From NCBI GenBank assembly GCA_963668355.1, contig OY764265.1:670553-734552 (forward strand): 64,000 bases of DNA, in the 5' to 3' direction. The position numbers and the translations under genes are program-made. This stretch comes from Bdellovibrionota bacterium. GTDB taxonomy: Bacteria > Bdellovibrionota_G > JALEGL01 > DATDPG01. Numbering within the stretch: the stretch's first letter is position 1; the number at the start of each line of letters is the position of its first letter. A model generated the notes under the pieces. That model saw nothing but the letters and a program-made list of their open reading frames with translations. It searched no databases and was not told the origin of the DNA. Below are positions 18,516 to 27,349 of the stretch, in pieces.

Positions 18516-19481
18516 ATGCGAAACCAGCCAAGGAAGTACAAGCATTTTTTGGGGATTGATATGGGAAAGGATTTCTTCGAAGTCTTTGCTTTGGGTGATC
18601 CAAAGACCCATACATTTCAAAATAAACGCTCTGGATTTCAGACGTTCTTGAGAAAATACCGGCAGAAACTGCCCTCAGCCCTGATGACTGTAGAAGCTAC
18701 AGGGGGCTATGAGAAAGCCTTGCTCAAAGAGCTTGCCACTAGAGACTTGAAAGTACATCGGGCCAATCCAAGGAAAGTGAAGTTCTTTATTCGCTCCTTT
18801 GGCATTGAAGGCAAATCAGACACCACCGATGCACGTGCCTTAGCTCAATATGCTCTAGAACGACATCCTCACCTCGACCTCTTCCAAAAGCCCGATCTGA
18901 ATGTGGAAATCCTTTCCAAACTAGTGAAACGGCGCGCAGAACTGGTCGCCATTCAAACTCAGGAACGCAATCGCCTCAAAGGACCGGATCGGGAAATCCT
19001 CAAAGCAAGCGTCCAAAGAGTCTTGGCTTGTTTAAAAGAAACGATTGCCGAAATCGAAGCTCAAATCACAACTCATCTGCGCGAGAACGATCAGCTCCTA
19101 CAAAAGTATCGGGAAATTCAAACCATTCCAGGCGTCGGACCCAAAGTCGCCGCAGCTCTCTTGGCTGACCTCCCGGAACTTGGAACGATCTCCGGCAAGC
19201 AGATCGCTTCTCTCGCTGGAGTGGCTCCTCATCCCAATCAAAGTGGAAAACGAGAAGGCTACCGAAAGACAAGAGGTGGACGCGTCCAGATCAAGCCCAT
19301 CCTCTTTCTTGCTGCCCTCACAGCCTCTCGCAGCAAATCCCCGCTCGGCAACTTTTATCGAAATCTCCTCGCACAGGGCAAAAAACCCATTGTCGCTGCC
19401 GTCGCCCTCATGAGAAAAATCGTCGTTATCGCCAACGCCAAAATCAGGGACCTCTCACTTTCTCCTTGCTCTTCTACTTAG
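18516..19481 (+). CDS. IS110-family transposase/recombinase
   Basis: FLGIDMGKDFFEV..VEATGGYEKAL..KSDTTDARALA (DEDD RuvC-like N-domain) and IQTIPGVGPKVAAALLADLPELG..IASLAGVAPHPNQSGK (Transposase_20-like C-domain). GGAG sits 5 nt upstream of the ATG. Confidence 0.9.
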   Translation: MRNQPRKYKHFLGIDMGKDFFEVFALGDPKTHTFQNKRSGFQTFLRKYRQKLPSALMTVEATGGYEKALLKELATRDLKVHRANPRKVKFFIRSFGIEGKSDTTDARALAQYALERHPHLDLFQKPDLNVEILSKLVKRRAELVAIQTQERNRLKGPDREILKASVQRVLACLKETIAEIEAQITTHLRENDQLLQKYREIQTIPGVGPKVAAALLADLPELGTISGKQIASLAGVAPHPNQSGKREGYRKTRGGRVQIKPILFLAALTASRSKSPLGNFYRNLLAQGKKPIVAAVALMRKIVVIANAKIRDLSLSPCSST

Positions 19482-19497
19482 TTGGTCCCCCGATTTT

Positions 19498-19804
19498 TTT
19501 TTGGAATTTTTCGGCGCCCTGCCCCCGCCCAATTTATTCACCTCCTACTCCTGACAAACCCCTAAAAACGCTGGGTCTGGGCCCGTTTGCGCACACCCGT
19601 GCGCCCTTTTCATCAAGATTAAGAATTTTTGCCCTGTATCACCGACCCGCCCAGGTGTCCTCTTCATACCTGGCATCCATCAGATACGCCTCATCCCCTA
19701 TTTCCTCGTCGGCTTCGAACGCCTCACCCTGAACACCTTCTAGCTGTTTCATCCAACCTGGAGGCCCTGTAGCCCGCTCCTCACTCGTTGCCTGTCCCAA
19801 ATGG
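19498..19804 (+). repeat. Dispersed repeat family A, copy A1 (lacks the left ~90 bp)
   Basis: Near-identical to 26815-27121 and 29926-30232. The left boundary is ambiguous because the B-hairpin end cccccgatttt resembles the internal A motif cccccatttt. Confidence 0.85.
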
Positions 19805-19836
19805 CAATTGTTGCGGTCTGTGTGAACAGATTGCGC

Positions 19837-20361
19837 TCAAGGACGATCCAGGTAATCGCTACACCAATCATACCCTTCTGGTTGGTCTTCAGTTTTGAAA
19901 AGAATTTCGAACCATCCGCTCTCGGGACGAAAATGAGCTTCGGCTTTGAGGATGTTTGTATTCGAAAGATCTGGATCGGCTTGGCGAAGGATTTCGACTT
20001 GGGAATTCGAAAAATCGAAAGCGTACTCAATTTCGTAAAGATCATCGGACAATCCCACAGCCAGATCTTGAAAGGACAAAGAATGAACAGATTCAGATGT
20101 TAGGGTTAGTTTTGCTTCGTGTTGGTCTGTGTTGTGTGCGTCCGGAAAATGGGTTTCCACGAGAAGAACGCGGATAGTTTCCGAATGAACCGAGGAAACA
20201 CATTCTCCTCGCCAATAAAATTGTCCCGAATCTGGAAGCAGTTGGCCTTCTTCGTAAGGACAAATCGATCGTTCGCAGTTTTTCCAGTCATCATCGTCCC
20301 AATCACAACCTGAACCGATTAGAAGAAGCGTAACAAGTATTAAAGAATTTATTTTCGTCAT
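19837..20361 (-). CDS. Hypothetical lipoprotein
   Basis: MTKINSLILVTLLLIGSGCDWDDDDW lipobox. Last gene of the 21414->19837 operon. Confidence 0.5.
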   Translation of the reverse strand: MTKINSLILVTLLLIGSGCDWDDDDWKNCERSICPYEEGQLLPDSGQFYWRGECVSSVHSETIRVLLVETHFPDAHNTDQHEAKLTLTSESVHSLSFQDLAVGLSDDLYEIEYAFDFSNSQVEILRQADPDLSNTNILKAEAHFRPESGWFEILFKTEDQPEGYDWCSDYLDRP

Positions 20362-20362
20362 A

Positions 20363-20845
20363 TTAGAACTCCAGGCGGGCCGTAAGAAATGCCCCTTCTT
20401 TGGTTGGGGAGATGGAGAGATTCCATTTTCTTTTGTTTTCAGTGAGGCGCTCTTTCACGAGTCGATTGTGGTCGATGACTCCGGATACCCCTCCCGCGCA
20501 ATCCCAAATGAGGGCTGGAATGTAGAGAAGAGCTCCTCCAACTAGAAACATTCCCCCTACAATATCGAGGTCGTCGCAATCGCTTCCAGGTCCTCCTGTG
20601 CAAGTGGCATTCATCATGGCCACGCCCGCCCAAAAAGCCAAACCGCCAGGAATTCCTATCAAGCCATTGATTGTGGCTTGAATGGGTTTTCCTCCGTAGA
20701 AAAGGCCGTCCATGGAAAGAGGGTCCAGTCCTAGAATCCAGGCCGTTTGTTCAGATTTGAGTTGGAGAGATTCTTGAGCTCTTAACGTGGCCGGAACCAA
20801 AATGAGAAACATAAGAAACATGAGTGCTATCGTGTTTTTTTTCAT
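20363..20845 (-). CDS. Hypothetical secreted/membrane Gly-rich protein
   Basis: Signal peptide MKKNTIALMFLMFLILVPATLRAQE, then Gly-rich hydrophobic segments. Separated by 1-2 nt from the downstream gene. Confidence 0.45.
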   Translation of the reverse strand: MKKNTIALMFLMFLILVPATLRAQESLQLKSEQTAWILGLDPLSMDGLFYGGKPIQATINGLIGIPGGLAFWAGVAMMNATCTGGPGSDCDDLDIVGGMFLVGGALLYIPALIWDCAGGVSGVIDHNRLVKERLTENKRKWNLSISPTKEGAFLTARLEF

Positions 20846-20859
20846 ATTGATGTCACCTT

Positions 20860-21414
20860 TCAGAAAGAAAATTCGAGGCCTAATGCATCAAATGAAGGTA
20901 AAAATTTTGTTTGATTATTGGGCACGCTGGAGCTTCCTTGGTGGCTGCCGAAGAGCGTCGTGAGACCCCCTTGAAAAATGAGCGCAAAGTGTTTGGTTGG
21001 TTTCCAGCGAAACCCAGCTCCAGAAAGAAGTGTTGGACCTGACCAGGAAGGTCTGTTCTCCAAACCGATGGCTTTGAAATATCCACCTCCGGCGTAAAGA
21101 AATGGCTGAAAAGCTCCCATCGAGAGTTTTCCTCGAACAACGGCATTCGCATTCATTCCCATGATCGGAATGGGAATGGGGAGAGAAACTTCGAGTTCGA
21201 GAAAAGAGGTTGCTTCAAAACCAAAAGCGACAAGAGAGTGTACGCCTGTCGGGCTGTTGTTATCTCCTGGTTGAGGAAGAATGAAGCTTGTGAAGGGTAA
21301 CTGCAGTCTAATATGAAACCGATCGCTGCTCGTTTCTTGAGCTTGAGCATTGCTTGCAGATACGACGAACAAAGATAGAAAAAAAACTAAGCTCGCGATG
21401 GCTTTGCGTTTCAT
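20860..21414 (-). CDS. Putative outer-membrane beta-barrel protein
   Basis: Start at ATG 21414 (MKRKAIASLVFFLSLFVVSASNAQA) preceded by AAAGGAAG. Alternating beta-strand pattern and a C-terminal ..LGLEFSF aromatic end. Confidence 0.5.
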   Translation of the reverse strand: MKRKAIASLVFFLSLFVVSASNAQAQETSSDRFHIRLQLPFTSFILPQPGDNNSPTGVHSLVAFGFEATSFLELEVSLPIPIPIMGMNANAVVRGKLSMGAFQPFLYAGGGYFKAIGLENRPSWSGPTLLSGAGFRWKPTKHFALIFQGGLTTLFGSHQGSSSVPNNQTKFLPSFDALGLEFSF

Positions 21415-21449
21415 ATGTGTACTTCCTTTCAACATCACCCTTTAGCTAG

Positions 21450-21466
21450 AGCGAGAGACGTGCCAA
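21450..21466 (-). promoter_or_regulatory. Sigma-54 (-24/-12) promoter for the 21414->19837 operon
   Basis: The minus strand reads TTGGCACGTCTCTCGCT. TGGCACG is exact and GG-N10-GC spacing is correct, with the -12 element TCGC. Predicted TSS is about 25 nt upstream of ATG 21414. Confidence 0.6.
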
Positions 21467-21508
21467 TCAAATGAGCCTGATATCATTGGGGAATTTCACT
21501 GTTTGGAA

Positions 21509-21544
21509 GTGTCAAAAAGATGAAAGCTGACACTCTTTGTGTCA
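21509..21544. promoter_or_regulatory. Candidate enhancer (UAS): three GTGTCA/TGACAC half-sites
   Basis: GTGTCA (21509-14), TGACAC (21528-33) and GTGTCA (21539-44) form two overlapping inverted repeats 45-95 bp upstream of the sigma-54 promoter. Confidence 0.4.
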
Positions 21545-21601
21545 GGATGGTCGAAAGCCGATGTGTGTTTATAAAGACTTAGCGATGAAAAGAAGGGTGG
21601 C

Positions 21602-23398
21602 GTGATCTTTGCTCTTACATCTTTTCTAAATATGTTTCGAAAAGGTAAATCGGGGTTTGTTTTGCTCACGATCTATGGAGTGATTGCGATCACGCTTTCT
21701 AGTTTGTCTCTTTATTTTGCTTTTCAAACCATTGGAAAACCGTTCGCAGGGTTTTTGCCATTTCAAAATCTTTATGTAGGAGCGTTCACACAATCGAGCT
21801 GGGAAGGCGGGAAACAAAATTTAAAATATCATGATCGAGTTCAGTCCATTGACGGAAAGATCGTTCGGGATGGGAATGAATTTCATCAACATTTGGAGGG
21901 AAAGTCTGAAATTGAACTTGGAATATTATCCGGTATTGAGGAAAAACTGAGCCAGTTTTCTGTTGAGACCCTTCTTCCAAATGATGTTTTTGTTATTTTT
22001 GCACCGTTGTTCGGTACAGGGTTGGCGTTCTTGGTAATCGGATTGTTGGCTCTTATGGTTCATCCGGCACCAGCGGGGGTTGTGTCCTTTGCGACGTTTT
22101 GTCTGTGTTTAGGGGCATATTTTTTGAGTGCCTACGATTTTCACACGACCTACCATTTGGTTCCGGTCCTCTTGTTTTCTTTTGCTCTTGTTCCTGCGGT
22201 AACCATCGATTTGATCGTTAGTTTTCCGAAAAAGATGGGGCATTTTCCAAAGCTTAGAGGTGTTGCCTACGGTTTTTCGGGGTTGATGGCCATTCCCTAC
22301 ATTTGGCTATTCTCCAAAGATTCATCTCGGTGGGTTTGGTTTGAGTATGCGTTTTTCCTCTATCTTTCTATGGCCTACCTTTTTTGGCTTGTGGTGATGG
22401 CTCACCGAAGTCTTCGCGATCAAGATGATACGGTCAGGCGTCAATGTAGAATTTTACTCATACCTATGATTTTGGCCTTCGGCTTTTCCTTCATCGTCAC
22501 TTGGATGGTCTTTGTTTTTGACTGGGCCATTCCCTTAAATTGGGTGGCTCCGTTTTCCCTCGTGTTCCCATTAGCCATTGGCTACGCCATGCTTCGGCAG
22601 AATTTGTTCTTAGTGGATCATTTAGAACAACAAATTCATGAGCGAACAAATGTGTTGAAAAAAACCCAGGCAGAATTGTTTGAAGCTTCCAAGTTGGCTT
22701 CTGTAGGCACATTGGCTGCGGGAATGGCTCACGAAATTGGCAACGCGATGCATCTCATCTCGTCCAATCTCCCCATTTTAAGAAAATATACCAACTCCTT
22801 GATCAACAGCGGACGGGAGTCTGCACAAGAGCTTGAGTTTGTAAAAGAGGATATGCCTGAATTGTTGTCAAACATGGAGAGAGGAGCTCAGCGGGCCCAA
22901 GATATTACAATGGATCTTAAAAATTTTTCAAAACCGGAGAAGGCGAGTTTTCAGCGTGTGTCACTTCAACATGTGTTGGAGGGGACGCTACGTCTTTTGA
23001 AAATTGAATTCGGTTCAAACATAAGTGTTGTAACGAAGTTTTCTTCTATACCTGAAGTTATGGGGTCGGAGAGGCAACTTCATCAAATATTTTTAAATCT
23101 TCTCTTGAACGCCAAACAGGCGATTGAAGGAAAGGGAGAAATCCGGGTATCGATATATGGCTCCGACGCGGAGGTTGTTGTTGAGATTCAAGACGATGGC
23201 AGAGGGATCTCGCCAGAACATCAAGCTCGAATCCTGGAGCCTTTTTTCACGACGAAAGAACGGGGTACAGGTCTAGGTTTGAGCGTTACGAAGGGCCTTG
23301 TGGAAGCTTATGGTGGAAAGTTGGCCATCGAAAGCGAAATTGGAAAAGGGACAAACGTGAAAGTATTTTTTCCGACTGATATAAAGAACGTAGCATGA
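21602..23398 (+). CDS. Membrane sensor histidine kinase
   Basis: 598 aa with multiple TM segments. H-box AAGMAHEIGNAMHLI, N-box FLNLLLNAKQA, G-boxes DDGRGI and GTGLGLSV. GTG start; an alternative ATG is at 21632. Confidence 0.85.
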   Translation: MIFALTSFLNMFRKGKSGFVLLTIYGVIAITLSSLSLYFAFQTIGKPFAGFLPFQNLYVGAFTQSSWEGGKQNLKYHDRVQSIDGKIVRDGNEFHQHLEGKSEIELGILSGIEEKLSQFSVETLLPNDVFVIFAPLFGTGLAFLVIGLLALMVHPAPAGVVSFATFCLCLGAYFLSAYDFHTTYHLVPVLLFSFALVPAVTIDLIVSFPKKMGHFPKLRGVAYGFSGLMAIPYIWLFSKDSSRWVWFEYAFFLYLSMAYLFWLVVMAHRSLRDQDDTVRRQCRILLIPMILAFGFSFIVTWMVFVFDWAIPLNWVAPFSLVFPLAIGYAMLRQNLFLVDHLEQQIHERTNVLKKTQAELFEASKLASVGTLAAGMAHEIGNAMHLISSNLPILRKYTNSLINSGRESAQELEFVKEDMPELLSNMERGAQRAQDITMDLKNFSKPEKASFQRVSLQHVLEGTLRLLKIEFGSNISVVTKFSSIPEVMGSERQLHQIFLNLLLNAKQAIEGKGEIRVSIYGSDAEVVVEIQDDGRGISPEHQARILEPFFTTKERGTGLGLSVTKGLVEAYGGKLAIESEIGKGTNVKVFFPTDIKNVA

Positions 23399-24759
23399 GT
23401 TTGCCCACGCTTCTTTATGTAGATGATGATCGAGAAAATCTTCCCACGTTAAGACGAACCCTGCGTGGAAAGTTTAATCTGGAAACCTTTGAACATCCGG
23501 ATGAGGCATTGGAGTCTGTTCAGACCTCTTTTTTCCCCGTCTTGATTGCAGATCAACGCATGCCAAAGATGACCGGAGTGGAATTTTTGAAGAAAGCCAA
23601 AAAGGTTTCGCCAAATTCCGTTGGAATTGTTCTTACAGCCTACTCGGATATCGACGCTCTCATTGAGGGAATTAATGCGGGTGTGATTTATCGTTATGTG
23701 ACCAAACCATGGAATGAGAATATTTTGTTTCAGGCCATCGAGCAGTCCTTGGAATATGTTCGTTTGGTTGAAGAAAATCGGAAGCTCATGCATGCGCTCA
23801 AGTGCGAGAATGAAGTCTTGCATTCACAAATTAACGAGCAATTTGACGTCGATGCACTTGAAGAAGGGCAAGCCGGATTAAAAGGCGTTGTTGATCTTAT
23901 TGCCAAAGTGGCGAAGACGAATTCGACCGTGTTGATTCGTGGAGAAAGCGGCGTTGGAAAAGAACTCGTGGCAAGGGCTATCCATCGATCGAGTCCTCGA
24001 AAAAACAAACCCTTTGTTCGTGTGAATTGTGGAGCTTTGTCTGAAACGTTGCTGGAAAGTGAATTGTTCGGGCATGAGAAAGGGGCCTTTACGGGAGCTT
24101 CTCAGAAACGGATTGGGCGTTTTGAAATGGCCGATGGTGGAACGGTCTTTTTGGATGAAATTGGAGACATTTCTCCCAAGATGCAAGTCAGTCTGTTGCG
24201 CGTCCTCCAAGAACGTGAGTTTGAGAGGGTGGGTGGCAGTCAGACGATTTCTTGCGATGTTCGTGTTTTAGCAGCAACCCATCAAAATCTGGAAGAGCTT
24301 TCGCGTGAAAAAAAATTTCGAGAGGATTTGTACTATCGTCTGAATGTTTTTCCTCTTCAGATTCCCCCCTTGCGGGATCGACTTGAAGATCTTCCGTCCT
24401 TGGTGACTCGGCTCATGCGAAAAGCGAGTCGAAATACAGGAATCACTCCCCTTCCTCTTTCAAACGAAGCCACGGAAAAGTTGGGGCGCTATGACTGGCC
24501 CGGAAATGTTCGAGAATTGGAAAATGTTTTGGAAAGGGCGCTGATTTTAGCGACCGATCGAGAGATTGCTTCGGAAGATTTGGTGATGGGGCCAGGTTTT
24601 GATGAACAAGATCTGGGTCGCCCTCGTGAGGAAATTACCAAAGAGCTTTTGGAGAAAACTCTGAGGGAAGCAAGTGGCAATAAAATGGAAGCGGCCAAGC
24701 GTTTGGGGTTGAAACGCCCAACGCTGTACTATCATTTAAAAAGATTTGATCTGAGTTAA
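23395..24759 (+). CDS. Sigma-54-dependent response regulator (NtrC family: REC + AAA+ + Fis HTH)
   Basis: ATGA overlap with the kinase gene. REC (LLYVDDD..ADQRMPKMTG), Walker A GESGVGKE, GAFTGA loop (EKGAFTGA), C-terminal HTH NKMEAAKRLGLKRPTLYYHLKRF. Confidence 0.9.
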   Translation: MSLPTLLYVDDDRENLPTLRRTLRGKFNLETFEHPDEALESVQTSFFPVLIADQRMPKMTGVEFLKKAKKVSPNSVGIVLTAYSDIDALIEGINAGVIYRYVTKPWNENILFQAIEQSLEYVRLVEENRKLMHALKCENEVLHSQINEQFDVDALEEGQAGLKGVVDLIAKVAKTNSTVLIRGESGVGKELVARAIHRSSPRKNKPFVRVNCGALSETLLESELFGHEKGAFTGASQKRIGRFEMADGGTVFLDEIGDISPKMQVSLLRVLQEREFERVGGSQTISCDVRVLAATHQNLEELSREKKFREDLYYRLNVFPLQIPPLRDRLEDLPSLVTRLMRKASRNTGITPLPLSNEATEKLGRYDWPGNVRELENVLERALILATDREIASEDLVMGPGFDEQDLGRPREEITKELLEKTLREASGNKMEAAKRLGLKRPTLYYHLKRFDLS

Positions 24760-24787
24760 CCGTTTTTTTGAAACGTTTCAAAAAGCC

Positions 24788-24825
24788 GAAAGGTCAATCA
24801 ACGCGCGACCATTGATTGACCTTTC
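24788..24825 (+). terminator. Strong hairpin downstream of the regulator gene
   Basis: gaaaggtcaatcaa / ttgattgacctttc gives a 13-14 bp stem with a roughly 10-nt loop. It is preceded by the smaller palindrome ttgaaacgtttcaa. No clear T-run. Confidence 0.45.
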
Positions 24826-24943
24826 CCTATTGGTGTTCAACCGTCTTCGGCTTAATAGTTCGGGTTCGGCTCTTCAGACACGTCATCTCCATCACAATCG
24901 TCGGCGGACCATTCCAATGGAAAACCTTTGATTGTGTGTTCGT

Positions 24944-25014
24944 CCTGAAAATCGGGGGACGCACGACTGGTACAGAAAAAATTGAATCGGATTCAGTCGT
25001 GTGTCCCCCGAATC
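24944..25014 (+). repeat. Hairpin repeat family B, copy B2 (full length, reference copy)
   Basis: Left arm cgggggacgcacgactg (24953-69) and right arm cagtcgtgtgtcccccg (24994-25010) are imperfect inverted repeats around an A-rich loop. Confidence 0.85.
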
Positions 25015-25126
25015 CCCACAAAATCGTCGCTTCATTTTTTCTCGTTGGGCTTTCTTATCCACGAAACCCGTGACACCTTGTTTGAACTCTTAACTATGGG
25101 TAGCGCCCCGCCCTCTCGACGAGTGC

Positions 25127-25165
25127 AAAATTAGAAATCGGATTCTGCCGTGTGTCCAGCAATCT
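25127..25165 (+). repeat. Family B, copy B3 (loop + right arm only, diverged)
   Basis: aaaattagaaatcggattctgccgtgtgtccagcaatc aligns with the B2 loop and right arm. Confidence 0.6.
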
Positions 25166-25303
25166 CAGATCTCACGTAACGTATTCTTGGAATCCCAAAA
25201 AAATTAACCATCTGAAATCATTAAGCTAATAAAGGGAGGTTTTACAGTTCGCCGGAACTCGAGGAAGAAGCTTGACAAAATTGACGCGCCACATTACATC
25301 AAC

Positions 25304-25346
25304 AAAAATCGAGGCAGACTGAATTCAGTCGTGTGGCCCCAGATTT
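25304..25346 (+). repeat. Family B, copy B4 (right arm only)
   Basis: gaattcagtcgtgtggccccagattt aligns with the B2 right arm. It lies just upstream of the ORF starting at 25372. Confidence 0.6.
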
Positions 25347-25371
25347 GCTGTTTCAAAACCAGGAGAAAAGT

Positions 25372-25713
25372 ATGAAAAAGTCAATTGTCGTATGCCTGAC
25401 GCTTCTTTCTTTCCTTTGGAGTTTTTCCACATTCGCTGATCCCTGTAGCTGCCACATAGAAAATAAGCAATTCGTTGAAGATGGCCCTACGCTAATCGAC
25501 CACTTCGAGCAATCACGCGGAGACAAATGCCCCCGAACAGCGGTTCACGAATCGGAAAGCGGCGAAACGCATTACCAACTGTTTTTCCAAGACGCATCGC
25601 GCTCGGAGAAGTGCCTTTATCACTTGTTCAGATACGGCCCGGACAATAGCGCCGAAACCATTGTTCGCTGTGATCGCGCGTGCGCGCTGGCCAACGTTGA
25701 AGAGCCAAACTGA
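25372..25713 (+). CDS. Small secreted Cys-containing protein, unknown function
   Basis: ATG 25372 lies 8 nt after AGGAG. MKKSIVVCLTLLSFLWSFSTFA is a signal peptide. 113 aa. Flanked by B4 and B5. Confidence 0.5.
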   Translation: MKKSIVVCLTLLSFLWSFSTFADPCSCHIENKQFVEDGPTLIDHFEQSRGDKCPRTAVHESESGETHYQLFFQDASRSEKCLYHLFRYGPDNSAETIVRCDRACALANVEEPN

Positions 25714-25714
25714 G

Positions 25715-25783
25715 CCTGAAAATCAGGGGCCACGACCACTACAGCTTCAGAAAACAGATTCAGTCGTGCGTTCCCCGGTTTCC
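25715..25783 (+). repeat. Family B, copy B5 (full length, diverged)
   Basis: cctgaaaatcaggggccacgaccactacag...gattcagtcgtgcgttccccgg. It sits between two convergent ORF ends. Confidence 0.7.
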
Positions 25784-25786
25784 ATT

Positions 25787-26726
25787 TTATGAAGTATGGA
25801 CGTGGAAATAGGCCTCAAACGTCTGAAGGCGGGAATCTTCCACCGGACCACCTACCGTAAAATGATAGAGGCTCTGCCAAGTCTTGTCCTTCAAGCCTAG
25901 CAAATCATGCACCCCGTCATCAAAAAAACAACCAATCCCCGTACCCCGCACGCCCTGCGCTTCCGCCATCAAGTAAAGGACTTGCCCAATCATGCCGGTC
26001 TCCCAGAAAAGCTGACGATAAAGATGAGGAGACGCTTCGATAACATCGTGAAAGCGAGCCAGCATACCTAGAGAGAACGCGCTATCGCCGGCAATGCTTT
26101 GTTGGCAGCTAAACGTGGCCGCCTCATGGCGAAAATCTCCCTCTATTAAAGCATATAGGGGAAGGCCTTCCTCCTCAGGACGCCAGAGGAATTCTGAACG
26201 AGTCTTGGATTGCAGTTCTTCCAATTCGAAAGGCCGGCGGAGAAAGGCATAGAGGCCCGAAGGCAGCCCCTCCACCCGATGCACAAACAAGAGAAGATGC
26301 ACGCGTGGCTCCCCTACATCCAAACTAAATGGAGGTCTGGCTGGACGCGGCAAAGTTGCTTCTAACATCTGAAAGAACGTGTCTCGAGTTATGGAGGTTT
26401 TCCCATCGAAGGCCACCGCGCTTCGACGCTGCCGCACCGTCTTGGCGACAGATCGGTCTGGCCAATCTCTGGGCGGCATGTCCGTTAACTCGACGGAACT
26501 GCCCCTTTCTTCTTTTCCGTCACACACCGAGGCTTCTGAAACCTTGCCAATCTCTGGCCACGCATGGTGGGAGGAACTTAAGACATTCGGAACGCCTTTG
26601 ATGTCACCCATTCGCCATGCAAACAGTTGACGTAACACCTCTTGGCGGGACGAAATTGGCGCCGGCGAAACAAACACCAAACATTCGGCTTCTTCGCTCT
26701 CCTGTGCGGGCCAGGTGGTTACATTG
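25787..26726 (-). pseudogene. 5'-truncated SagB/ThcOx-type nitroreductase paralog (C-terminal domain only)
   Basis: Collinear with residues from about 225 to the end of the 535-aa protein at 34719..36326 (RRSAVAFDGKT.., SCQQSIAGDSAFSLGMLARF, GVRGTGIGCFFDD, QSLYHFTVGGP). The homologous frame (VTTWPAQESEEAECLVFVSPAP) runs up to the A2 boundary at 26727. Confidence 0.7.
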
Positions 26727-27121
26727 ACGTATAGGGAATTCCTTTCCCATCGGTAGACACGAACTTTCCCCTGGCTCGTATTCTTGAACCTTAGGCATCG
26801 AGCCTTTCCCCCATTTTTTGGAATTTTTCGGCGCCCTGCCCCCGCCCAACTTCTTCACCTCCTACTCCTGACAAACCCCTAAAAACGCTGGGTCTGGGCC
26901 CGTTTGCGCACACCCGTGCGCCCTTTTCATCAAGATTAAGAATTTTTGCCCTGTATCACCGACCCGCCCAGGTGTCCTCTTCATACCTGGCATCCATCAG
27001 ATACGCCTCATCCCCTATTTCCTCGTCGGCTTCGAACGCCTCACCCTGAACACCTTCTATCTGCTTCATCCAACCTGGAGGCCCTGTAGCCCGCTCCTCC
27101 CTCGTTGCCTGTCCCAAATGG
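26727..27121 (+). repeat. Dispersed repeat family A, copy A2 (full, 395 bp)
   Basis: acgtatagggaattcc...cctgtcccaaatgg. About 6 substitutions versus A3 by eye. It carries a small acidic frame and an SD-preceded basic frame on the minus strand. Confidence 0.85.
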
Positions 27122-27349
27122 CGCAGATGGAAAGGTGTGTGTTTTAAGGCATTTGCGAAAGCTAGCGGGTGGTACGCGATTTGCTTTGATGGCCCGTGTC
27201 TCATTAAGGGAAGGGAAGAATTAGAATGCGAAACTTAAGCATATATATTGGCCATTTATGTTGATCTCTCTTGTTTTCGTGGCTACGGCCCACGCGGCGG
27301 GAACCCGTAGTTGCGAAGGCATACAAGAGGATGGAACCAGATTCTACGT

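Larger units (their letters stand above)
18298..19486 (+). mobile_element. IS110-family insertion sequence (IS110-group layout: long left end, 5-bp right end)
   Basis: The flanks rejoin to an intact B-hairpin arm (28/28 nt). No terminal inverted repeats and no target duplication beyond a shared GT. One 321-aa DEDD-type transposase ORF. Boundaries ambiguous by up to 2 bp. Confidence 0.8.

Noticed and set aside
18182-18541. Track ORFs 18182..18418 (+) and 18224..18541 (-), and likewise 24827..25021 (-), lying across the hairpin repeat and the IS left end.
   Set aside because: They translate through repeat or structured non-coding sequence, have no RBS, and their peptide similarity only reflects the DNA repeat.
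19639-20361. The acidic A1 frame is in frame with the lipoprotein gene 19837..20361 across a single TGA, suggesting readthrough or selenocysteine.
   Set aside because: The equivalent frame in A3 is not in frame with its upstream gene. No SECIS-like hairpin was noticed. Most likely a coincidence of insertion phase.
24826-24950. Open frame ending ...KGFPLEWSADDCDGDDVSEEPNPNY* on the minus strand next to B2, possibly the 3' remnant of a gene.
   Set aside because: No start codon, it is interrupted by the hairpin, and there is no homolog in the window to support it.
25106-25120. cccgccctctc (11 nt) matches the tRNA-Ser 3' end, so it could be a third, decayed att copy marking an island boundary.
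   Set aside because: Only 11 contiguous matches with diverged flanks, and I made no formal estimate of how often an 11-mer would recur by chance in 64 kb. Kept only as a note.
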